A stretch of 64,000 bases of DNA from Octopus vulgaris (lineage: Eukaryota). The notes below the pieces were generated by a model. That model saw only the letters and a program-made list of their open reading frames with translations. It ran no database searches and was not told where the DNA came from. The translations under genes and the position numbers were made by a program. Positions within the stretch are counted from its first letter, which is position 1. Every line of letters starts with the position of its first letter. The DNA lies in the NCBI GenBank assembly GCA_951406725.2, contig OX597837.1:17732001-17796000 (forward strand), written 5' to 3'. Shown here one piece after another: positions 53,330 to 64,000 of this stretch.

Positions 53330-53584
53330 GATGATAAGAAATGGAGCAATAAGCAGTGAGAAGTAGATTATTGGTGTTATAAAGTCATTATTTATTTAAG
53401 ATGAGATTATGTTTACAGCTGTTTCAGTATATCAAGCTGGGGTAAATTTGCATTTAACTCGTTGCAATTGATAGACTTCATTGGAACGATTACAGTTGTA
53501 AACATGCTCCCATCTTAATTAAATAATGATTTTATAACACCAACGATCCACTTCTCACTGTTTATTGTTCCATTTCTTATTGTC
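53330..53584. repeat. Imperfect inverted repeat (~91-bp arms) overlapping a decayed hammerhead
   Basis: GATGATAAGAAATGG...TTTACAGCTGT pairs with ACAGTTGTAAA...CCATTTCTTATTGTC. Minus strand GTT-CCAATGA-AGTCTATCAA..TTGATATACT-GAAA-CAGCTG-TA-AAC at 53411-53487. Confidence 0.85.
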
Positions 53585-53737
53585 TTTATATACATTAAAA
53601 CATGGCTTAAGTTTTATATTACATACTACTGTGTACCTTATAACAAGGACCATACATACTGAGGTAATACACCAGGAGTGCCTATGGATACATCTATCCC
53701 TTAGATGGTTATATTACCTCTAACTTATATCTTACAC

Positions 53738-53778
<41 letters not shown>

Positions 53779-54413
53779 GGTACGACTCTATAACACTGTC
53801 TCTCTCCCCCCTCTCCTACATTTCTCTGCCTTTCACACTTTGCACTCCATTTTGATCTGTCTCTTTCTCTCTCTCTCTTCTCCTCCTCCTTTGTTCCTTG
53901 TTCCCCTTTTTTCTCTGTCCCTCTTTTCCTCTCTCTTCTCCTCACACGTGACCGACTGATCGATTGCTGGCCTTTCATGCTTAGCAGTCGACAGGGCAAG
54001 ACACATTTTTTCTCTCTCTCTGCCCTAAGGCATTTTTCTAACACGCCAGCTCAAAGTTTACTCATCCTGTCGAAAGACACCTGTCTGTGATGGCCTGGTT
54101 ATTGTTATTATTATTATCATTATTGTTTTTACGTATTTTTGTATTCTTATTCGTGTAACATCGTTCGTTTTTCCGTCTTTGTTTTGTATACATTTGAGGC
54201 TTTCTTCCAAGGAATCTAATGCGCTTGGCTTAAATTTTCCTTTGGGGCTGGCCAGATTGGAGCAATCTCAAGATTAATCAGCTGAAATTGCGAAGATGAT
54301 CCGGTTCTTGACTGAAGATTGAAGGCTTCGAATGTCCCGTCCGTGTTTTTTGTATCGTCTTCTAAATGTTTTGGTTCTTGTCCCAGTTTGTATTTTTTTA
54401 CATTATATATATA

Positions 54414-55152
54414 CATCATCATCATCATCATTTAGTGTCCGTTCTCCATGCTAGCATGGGTTGGACGGTTCAACTGGGGTCTGTGAAGCTGGAAGGCTTC
54501 ATCAGGCCCAGTCAGATCTGGCAGTGTTTCTACGGCTGGATGCCCTTCCTAACGCCAATCACTCCGTGAGTGTAGTGGGTGCTTTTTACGTGCCACCCGC
54601 ACAGGTGCCAGACAGAGCTGGCAAACAGCCATGAACGGATGGTGCTTTTACGTGTCACCGGCACGGGGCCAGGCAAGGCTGGCAACGGACACGAACGGAT
54701 GGTGCTTTTACATGCCACCAACATGGGTGCCAGACAGAGCTGGCAAACGGCCACGAAACGGATGGTGCTTTTACATGTCACCGGCACGGGGGCCAGGCGA
54801 GGCTGGCAACGGACACGAACGGATGGTGCTTTTACATGACACCGACATGGGGGCCAGACAGGGCTGGCAAACGGCCACGAACGGATGGTGCTTTTACGTG
54901 TCACCGGCACGGGGGCCAGGCGAGGCTGGCAACGGACACGAACGGATGGTGCTTTTACATGTCACCGACATGGGGGCCAGACAGGGCTGGCAAACGGCCA
55001 CGAACGGTTGGTGCTTTTACATGTCACCGACATGGGGGCCAGACAGAGCTGGCAAACAGCCACAAACGGATGGTGCTTTTACGTGTCACCGGCACGGGGG
55101 CCGGGCCAGGCTGGCAACGAACACAAACGGCAGGTGCTTTTACGTGCCACCA
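54414..55152 (-). mobile_element. RTE 3' end with an expanded GC-rich 60-63-bp tandem array
   Basis: (TGA)n tail and standard RTE UTR. Nine units begin GGTGCTTTT at 54578, 54641, 54701, 54764, 54825, 54887, 54948, 55010 and 55072. Confidence 0.9.
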
Positions 55153-55157
55153 TACGT

Positions 55158-55982
55158 ATATATATATATATATATAGATAGATAATGTATATATATATAT
55201 ATAGATAGATAATGTATATATATATATATATATAGATAATGTATGTATATATATATATATAGATAATGTATGTATATATATATATATAGATAATGTATGT
55301 ATATATATATATATATATAGATAATGTATGTATATATATATATATAGATAATGTATGTATATATATATATATAGATAATGTATGTATATATATATATAGA
55401 TAATGTATATATATAGATAATGATATATATATATATATAGATAATGTATATATATAGATAATGTATATATATATATATATAGATAATGTATATATATATA
55501 TAAATAATGTATATATATATATATATATATATAGTATATATATAGATAATGTATATATATATATAGATAATGTATAATATATATATATATATATAGATAA
55601 TGTATATATATATATATAAATAATGTATATATATATATAGATAATGTATGTATATATATATATAGATAATGTATGTATATATATATATATATAGATAATG
55701 TATGATATATATATATATATAGATAATGTATGTATATATATATATATAGATAATGTATGTATATATATATATATAGATAATGTATATATATATATAGATA
55801 ATGTATATATATATATAGATAATGTATGTATATATATATATAGATAATTATATATATATATATATAGATAATGTATGTATATATATAGATAATGTATATA
55901 TATATATATATGTATAATGCATGTATGTATATATGTGTATAATGCATGTATGTATATATATATATGTATAATGTATATATGT
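55158..55982. repeat. (TA)n-GATAATG compound satellite
   Basis: GATAATG punctuation recurs between variable TA runs. Confidence 0.95.
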
Positions 55983-57973
55983 ATCATCATCATCATCGTT
56001 TAACGTCCGCTTTCCATGCTAGCATGGGTTGGACGGTTCAACTGGGGTCTGGGAAGCCAGGAGGCTGCACCAGGCCCAGTCTGATCTGGCAGTGTTTCTA
56101 TAGCTGGATGTCCTTCCTAACGCTGACCACTCCATGTGTGTAGTGGGTGCTTTTTACATGCCACCGGCACAGGTGCCAGGCAAGGCTGGATTCGGCCACG
56201 ATCGGATGGTGCTTTTTATGTGCCAGTGGCACAGAGGCCAGTCAGAGCGGTGCTGGCAACGGCCACGTTCGGATGGTTCTCTTACGTGCTACCGGCATTG
56301 GTATCACAACTACAATTTACATTGATTTTGATCGATTTCGATTTCACTTGTCTCAACAGGTCTTCACAAGTAGAGTTTTGTGTCCCAAGAAGGAAAGGTA
56401 TGCATAAGTGGGCTGGCTATATCCCAGACAGAGGCCACAGGTCTCACTTGTCCTGCCGGGTCTTCTCACGTACAGCATACTTCCAAAGGTCTCGGTCACT
56501 AGTCATTGCCCCGGTGAGACCTAAAGTTCGAAGGTCGTGCTTCACCACCTCGTCCCAGGTTTTCCTGGGTCTACCTCTTCCACAGGTTCCCTCAACCGCT
56601 AGGGTGTGGCACTTTTTCACACAACTATCTGCATCCATTCTTGCCACATGACCATACCAGCAAACGTCTCTCTTGCACACCACAACTGATGCTTCTTAGG
56701 TCCAACTTTTCTCTCAAGGTACTTACACTCTGTCGAGTATGAACACTGACATTACACATTCATCGGAGCATACTGGCTTCATTTCTTGGGAGCTTACACG
56801 TATCCTCAGCAGTCATGGCCCATGTTTCACTGCCATGTAGCATGGCTGTACATACACATGCATCATACAGTCTGCCTTTTACTCTGAGCGAGAGGCCTTT
56901 TGTCACCAGCAGAGGTAAGAGCTCTCTGAACTTTGGCCAGGCTATTCTTACTCTAGCAGTTACACTTTCAGCACGCCTGCCCCCGCTATTGAATCGGTCA
57001 CCTAGGTAACAGAAGCTATCAACTACTTCTAGTTTTTCTCCCTGGAATGTGGCGGAAGTTGGTCTCTGCGCATTTTCAGTGTTTATTGCTCCTGAGCATC
57101 TGCCACATGCAAAAACTATCTTCCTAGTTAGCCTTCCTTTGACATTGCTGCACCTCTTATGTGTCCATAGCTTACACTTGGTGCATCTTATAGAGTTTCT
57201 ACCTACGCCTTTTCTACAGATTGAGCAGGACCATCTACATGAAGGCATTTGTGATTTGTCTACCTTCCTACTTAGGACTTTGGTTTTAGCTAGGTTGATT
57301 CTAAGGCCCTTCGATTCTAATCCTAGCTTCCACACCTGAAACTTCTCCTCCAGTTCTGATAGTGACTCAGCAATTAGAGCAAAGTCATCAGCATAGAGGA
57401 GCTCCCAGGGGCATCCTGTCTTGAATTCCTCCATTATTGCCTGGAGGACTATGATAAATAGGAGGGGACTGAGGATGGAACCTTGGTGGACCCCAACCTC
57501 TACCCTGAATTCTTCACTGTACTTGATGCCAACCCTCACCTTACTAGCAGCATCTCTGTACATGGCTTGTACAGCTCTCACTAACCATTCATCTATCCCT
57601 AGTTTCCTCATTGACCACCAGATAAGGGATCGGGGGACCCTGTCGAAGGCTTTCTCCATATCAACAAAAGCCAGGTATAGGGGCTTGTCTTTGGCTAGGT
57701 ATTTCTCCTGCAGCTGTCTTACCAGGAAAATATCATCAGTAGTACTTTTCCCTGGCATGAACCCAAACTGCATCTGATCTAGGCTAACTCTCTCTCTCTA
57801 ATTAGTTGGGCTATAACCCTCTCCGTAACCTTCATTACCTGATCCAGCAGCTTGATACCCCTGTAGTTATTTGTATCTAGGGCGTCACCTTTACCTTTGT
57901 AGCAGTTGACTATTATGCTGCTACACCAGTCATTGGGAATGACTCCTTCGTGTATCACCTGGTTAACTATACG
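55983..57973 (-). mobile_element. RTE LINE, 5'-truncated (copy 2, best preserved)
   Basis: [27 protein letters not shown] through RT to RGRPRKTW, then UTR and (TGA)n tail. Confidence 0.95.
56760..57773 (-). pseudogene. RTE reverse transcriptase open segment (337 aa) with a PHD-like finger
   Basis: QFGF.PGKST, FVDMEKAFDRV, GVHQGSILSPLLF, LLYADD, YLG and C-x2-C-x10-C-x2-C-x4-H-x2-C-x14-C-x2-C. Bounded by a frameshift and a stop. Confidence 0.93.
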
Positions 57974-58045
57974 TATGTATATATATATGTATATATGTAT
58001 ATATATCAATGTACTATATGTATGTATATATATATGTATAATGTT

Positions 58046-58123
<78 letters not shown>

Positions 58124-58124
58124 G

Positions 58125-58161
<37 letters not shown>

Positions 58162-58230
58162 TATATATAATGTATGTATATATATATATATATTTATATA
58201 TATACATATATATACATTTATATACAGATG

Positions 58231-60152
58231 CATTATCATCATCATCATTGTTTAATGTCCGTTTTCCATGCTAGCCCGGGTTGGACGGTTCGACTGGTGT
58301 CTGGGAAGCCAGGAGGCTGCACCAGGCTCCAGTCTGATCTGGCAGTGTTTCTACTGCTGGATGCCCTTCCTAACGCCAACCACTCCGTCTGTGTAGTGGG
58401 TGCTTTTTATGTGCCACTGGCACAGGTATCACAACTGCGATTTCCATTTGATATTTATTTTGATGTTGATGTACTTGTCTCAATAGGTCTCCTCAAGGGC
58501 AGCAGGTCACCCTATGATCCAAGGTAAGCATAGCAGGTTATTTTGTAATCCAAGGTACGTTGGATGGACTGGGGCTATGCGAAACTAGTGCAGGAAGCAC
58601 TATTTGTCGGGTCTTTGCAATCGCAGCATATCTCCAGAAATCTTGGGTTTTCGTCATTGCTTCTGTGAGGCCGATCGTTTGAAGGTCATGCTTGACTACC
58701 TCATCCCATGTCTTGCTGGGTCTACCTCTCCCCCGGATACCTTCAACTGTTTGGGAGTGGCACTTCTTCACACATCTCTCCTCATCCATCCGCAGTACAT
58801 GACCATACCAGCGCAAACGTCTCTGTTGCACACTACATCTGATGCTTCTTTTGTCTAGCATTTCTCTCAGAGTGTTTACACTCTGTCGTGTCTGCACACT
58901 GACATTACACATCCAGTGGATCATAGTAGCTTAATTTCTTTCAAGTCTACGCATGTCCTCTGCAGTCACAGCCCATGTTTCACTACCGTGAAGCATGGCA
59001 ATTCGCACACATGCATCATAAAATCTACCTTTCACTGACCCTTTGTTACCAGTAGGAGTAGGAGCTTTCTAAACTTTGCCCAGGCTATTCGTATTCTAGT
59101 GGTGACACTCTCTGAGCATCCACCTCCACTACTAACTTGGTCACCTAGGTAGTGGAAACTATTGACTACTTCTAGTTTCTTCCCCTGCAGTGTGATGGAA
59201 TCTGTTTTCTGAGTATCTGTGGTGTCTATTGCCCCTGTGCATCTGCCGCACATGAAAGCTATCTTCTCGGTAATTTTCCTTTGATGTTGATGTTGCTGCA
59301 CCTCTTATGTGTCCATAGCTTACACTGGATACACCTTATGGATTTTCTACCTACACCTTTTCTACAGATCGAGCAGGGCCACCTGCCCGAGGGTGTGTGT
59401 GATAAGTTCGCCTTTCTGCTTACTATAACTTTGGTCTTTACTACATTTACTCTAAGGTCCTTTGATTCTAAACCTAGCTTCCACACCTGAAATATCTTTT
59501 CTAGTTCTGGTAGAGATTCTGCTATGAGGGCCAGGTCATCAGTATAGAGGAGCTTCCAGGGGCAACCCGTCTTGAATTCCTCTGTAATTGCCTGGAGGAC
59601 TATGATGAATTAAAGGGGACCAAGGGCCGAACCTTTTGTGGACCCCTACTTCTACCCGGAATTCTTCACTATACTCATTGCCAATCCTAACCTTACTAAC
59701 AGCCTCTCTGTAAAGGGCCTGTGCAGCCCTTATCAACCATTCGTCAATCTCCAGTTTCTGCATTGCCCATCAGATAAGGGATCGGGGGACCCTGTCAAAG
59801 GCTTTCTCCAAGTCCACAAGAGCTCAGTATAGGGGTTTATCTTTAGCTAGGTATTTCACCTGCAGTTGTTGAACCAGGAATATGGCATCAGTGGTGCTTC
59901 TACCCGGAACAAACCAAACTGCATCCCATCTAAGCAGACTCTCTTCCTAATGAGATGGACTATGACCCTCTCCGTGACCTTCATCACCTGATCCAGCAGT
60001 TTGATACCCCTGTAGTTATTTCTGTGTAGAGCATCACCTTTACCCTCGTAGCAGTTAACTACGGTGCTGCTACGCCAGTCATTGGGTATGACTCCGTTAT
60101 GTACTACCTAGTTTACAATGCGGGTGACTAAGCCATAGCCCACACCACCAGA
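58231..60152 (-). mobile_element. RTE LINE, 5'-truncated, disrupted (copy 3)
   Basis: RT and C-terminal fragments closely similar to copy 1, with a (TGA)n tail. Confidence 0.95.
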
Positions 60153-60224
60153 TAGGGGCTTTTCCTGGCTATATATATATGTATATATATATGTATAATG
60201 TTTGTGTGTTTATATGTATAATGT

Positions 60225-60305
<81 letters not shown>

Positions 60306-60426
60306 AATGTATGTGTGTATATATATATATATATGTATGTATAATGTATGTGTATATATATGTATAACGTATGTGTGTATATATATATGTATGTATAATT
60401 TATGTGTGTGTGTGTGTGTATGTATA

Positions 60427-60662
60427 TAAAAAGCACCATCCGTTCGTGGCCGTTTGCCAGCTCCGTCTGACACCTGTGCGGGTGGCACGTAAAAAGCTCC
60501 CACTACACTCACGGAGTGGTTGGCGTTAAGAAGGGCATCCAGCCGTAGAAACACTGCCAGATCAGACTGGGCCTGATGCAGCCGTCTGGCTTCACAGACC
60601 CCAGTTGAACCGTCCAACCCATGCTAGCATGGAAAGCGGATGCTAAATGATGATGATGATGA
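60427..60662 (+). mobile_element. RTE 3' tail
   Basis: AAAAGCACCATCCGTTCGTGG..GGCATCCAGCCGTAGAAAC..CCCATGCTAGCATGG..(TGA)n. Confidence 0.9.
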
Positions 60663-60785
60663 TATATGTATAATGTATGTGTACATATATATATAGGGAG
60701 AGTTTATGAAAAAAACAAAAGACGAAGACAGGTGGTGTACAAAACAAACAAATGTATTAGTATAACGCTCAGGAATAGAAAAATT

Positions 60786-60821
60786 CTTTTACGTTTCGAG
60801 CCTATGCTCTTCTACAGAAAG
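60786..60821 (-). ncRNA. Hammerhead-like motif with an A6U core change
   Basis: CTTT-CTGTAGA-A-GAGC(ATAG)GCTC-GAAA-CG-TA-AAAG. Confidence 0.5.
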
Positions 60822-60912
60822 CGACACAGAAGAAACAAGGAGAGAAAAAAATGTGTGTAGTGGCTAACCATTTATCATGGCGACATATATATACATATGT
60901 ATGTATAATGTA

Positions 60913-60971
<59 letters not shown>

Positions 60972-62110
60972 GTATATATGTTGTATGTATTCTTATGTGG
61001 GGCCATCTCCTTCTTCCATTTTACTCTTGCTTTACTCAGCAGTCATTCATGTCCAGTTGTCATGCTGGCAATATTGTCATAAGGAAATTGACAAAAGAGA
61101 ACACAGGAATCAGCAGAGATGATAACAGAGAATCAACTAACTTTGATACATTTGATGTCAGATGATTGATAGGAGAGAGAGAAGCACTAGTCTGTGTGGA
61201 TCTGTGTGTGTGTGTGTGTGTTTGTTGATGTTGGTATAACCAACAGCTGTAATAAAATAATACAGTGCATTTAACAACACACACACTCACACACACATGG
61301 TGATTTGGAAGGAGATGGATGTGGTGGTGGTGGTGATAGTTATGGATGGTTTCATAGATAGGTATGCCAGAAACCGGCATGTGTGAGAAAGTATCCGGAC
61401 ATAATTTAAATTTCAAGCTCTATAACTATGTCTGTTGGTGTAGTGGAGTGAATTGGAAAGAGAAATCCACACACCACTTACTTTCCATAAACCATCCATC
61501 AGTATGGTTATCAGCAGCGGGCAAGCATTTTGTAATGGGTTGTAATGAGATTTGTGAAATAATTATTCACCAAAGCAATCACACAATGCTGTGTGTTGCC
61601 TTGTCATTTGTCTCTCATAGATATACATTAGCATCATACTGACAGGCTTCCTCTCATCTTCTCTCTCTTTCTCCCTCCCTCTCTGTCCTTCCCTCTCCTA
61701 TAGATCTTAAGTTTTGCCTGCAAAACCTAGAGGCACAATGAATTTTTTTTTTAGTTCTCTTTATGTATCCAAATGATTAGAAAACAAAACAGATCATGTC
61801 CTAACATTTGAAAAATATGCATTATGTGTCATCAGCTAGTAAGTTTTCTGTATAAAACCTGAAGGCAGAAAGTTATCGTTGTACATTCAAACGATTGAAA
61901 ATATGTTATTTTTTTCTTCTTTAATTAAATTAACAATTATAGGAGGAGGAAAAACAAGAGTGAATAAGCTAATGCAGATATTATTTTTATAGAACATTCT
62001 TCACGTTAAATGCAAGCTGGTTGTTTTTCGATTTTATCTCTTAAACCTTAAGGGTTACTCACCTATTTATTAAGCTATGACTTGTGTTATTGCAAGTTTT
62101 TGTCCAATTT

Positions 62111-62158
<48 letters not shown>

Positions 62159-63099
62159 TGTATGTATGTGTGTGTGTGTGTGTGCGTGTGCGTGCGTGCG
62201 TGCGTGCGTGCGTGCGTGTGTGTGTGTGTATACATAGGATCCTGAAGTTTTTTATGATGGAAAGAAACAATTATCATTTGAGTTCAAATCCTGGTGAGAC
62301 CAACTTTGCCTTATATCCTTTTGGGGTTGATAAAAATAGTACCAGTTGAACACTAGGGTTGATATAATCAACTTCCCACTATCTTCAGAATTACTGGTCT
62401 ATGCCAAAAAATTTGTAAAGATTATTATTATTTTTGAAAATGTTAGCAGAATTGTTACAGTATTAGATAAAATGCCTTGATGTATTTGTTCTAGTTCTTT
62501 ATATTATGAAATCCCACCAAGGTGAGCTCCAAAGCCTGTTAAATAATATGTCAGTAAAGTATTGGTTTAATCAACTATCCCATTCTGGCTTTGTGCTTAT
62601 ATTAGAAGCAATTAATCATGGACCAGATTGAAAAGGCTGAAGACACCTTTCTCTTTGGCCTAGCCCTCCTTTTACTTTTTACTTGTTTTAGTCATTAGAC
62701 TGCAGCCATGCTGGAGTACCACCTTGAAAGGTTTAGTCAAACAAATCAACCTCAGTGGTTATTTTTTAAGCTTTGTACTTATTCTATTAGCCTCCCAGCT
62801 GAATCACTAAGTTACAAGGATATAAACAAACCAACACCAACTGTCAAGCAATGGTTGGGACAAACACACATGTAGACACACATATGACTGGCTTTCTTAA
62901 GTTTCTGCCTACCTAATCCACTCACCAAGCTTTGGTCAACCCAAGGCTACAGTAGAAGACACTTGTCAAAGGTACCATACAGTGATATGGAAGTAAATTT
63001 CTTACCACACAGCCATACTTGCATCCTCATCAACTTTTATTGTCCTGTATCATCCCCCAATGTTTTTGTGAACCTTAAGTGGTTCATAAAGAAAATATT

Positions 63100-63872
63100 A
63101 TTGTTATTGAGTGAGAGAACAGCGCATGCCATCAAAGTGACACTGGGCTACAAATATATGAAGCCCAATATACCCATCATGACTGATAAGGGTACACTAG
63201 GCACGTCTGATAAGGGTACACTAGGCACATGCATCACAACCTATGTGTGCAACATGGTGATCTTGTGTCAAGATAAACAGCACATGACCTTGCGGGTGGG
63301 ACCCAATTAGAATTTTCTTTAGGTCAAGTAGCCCATCCTGCCCAAAAGGTCCCTGAATAAGGGTTGTTTAAGGATGATGAACAAAACACCCATGTTTCTA
63401 TTGGTGAATTATCCAAATCCCAACCCTAACTCCAAACCCCAAAGAATTCCTCTCAGTGCATGGCTGTGATGCTCCCCCACCACTTCTGCTCGTGATCAGG
63501 GATGCACAGATTATCAGCCACTAAGGAACATGTTCAACTGTTTATGGTCAAACAACTCACGAGCAAATCTGTGATATTGAGCAGAATATTTGCTGTAGCC
63601 CATGTTTTACACCAAGACAACTTCCAATCAGTTAAGATCAGAGCTGTGCATGCCATCAAAGTGACCCCAGGGTAGAAATATATACTCATCATGACTACGC
63701 ATCTGATAAGGGTACACCAGGCACATGCATCATAACCATATGTGTGCAACATAGTGACCTCTTATCAAGATAAACAGCACACGACCTTGCAGATGGGGGC
63801 CAAGTTAGAATCTTCTCCAGGTCGATTAGCCTATCCCATTCAAAAGGTCCCTGAATAAGAGTTGTTTAAGGA
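63100..63872. repeat. Unclassified repeat present as two diverged direct copies (~63125-63372 and ~63645-63872)
   Basis: GCATGCCATCAAAGTGAC..CTGATAAGGGTACAC..AAAAGGTCCCTGAATAA..GTTGTTTAAGGA occurs twice. First copy has a 24-bp internal tandem duplication. Confidence 0.8.
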
Positions 63873-64000
63873 AATTTTTATAACAAGGAACATGTTTTTT
63901 ATGTAATCTTAATTATGTCAAATGAGTCCTCATTATTCCCATGAATTTCATTTTTACCCCAGTTTGCCAACCTGATATAGACTAAGGTCGTCCTTTTGGA

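Noticed and set aside
54578-55150. CRISPR-like periodicity of about 61 bp (also at 23565-23885)
   Set aside because: The units are similar along their whole length with no unique spacers, lie in a LINE 3' UTR, and have no cas genes nearby; the context is eukaryotic.
61040-61165. Possible second exon for the MAAVFV gene (QSFMSSCHAGNIV...)
   Set aside because: An acceptor-like site is present, but the frame stops after 41 codons with no donor and no recognisable homology.

Overview
AT-rich, repeat-saturated eukaryotic DNA. The tRNA-derived SINEs, RTE LINEs ending in (TGA)n and very long TA/TG microsatellites resemble an octopus/coleoid cephalopod genome (inference). No intact multi-exon host CDS can be assembled, and most long ORFs in the track are microsatellite artefacts. 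Two candidate divergent short coding exons are visible: - strand at 36805-36854 and + strand at 39358-39375 (MAAVFV|gtaagt). They flank a 2-kb polypurine tract, so most of the window is probably intronic. Elements with readable termini: a Buster/Charlie hAT (1279-4113, internally inverted), a Tigger/pogo (10763-13536), a second hAT (19743-21335), a DD37D Tc1/mariner (47795-49054), a non-autonomous Helitron (43777-44147) and a SINE with a 14-bp TSD. Decayed elements: three large RTE LINEs, two Penelope-like remnants, a Gypsy pol remnant and a CRE-like remnant. The most interesting signal is about 11 minimal type I hammerhead-ribozyme-like motifs in Penelope-type terminal-repeat relics. They include a 158-bp palindrome carrying a hammerhead on each strand, and cores in which the C3-G8 pair is replaced by A3-U8 or U3-A8. 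All coordinates were read by eye; no searches were run.
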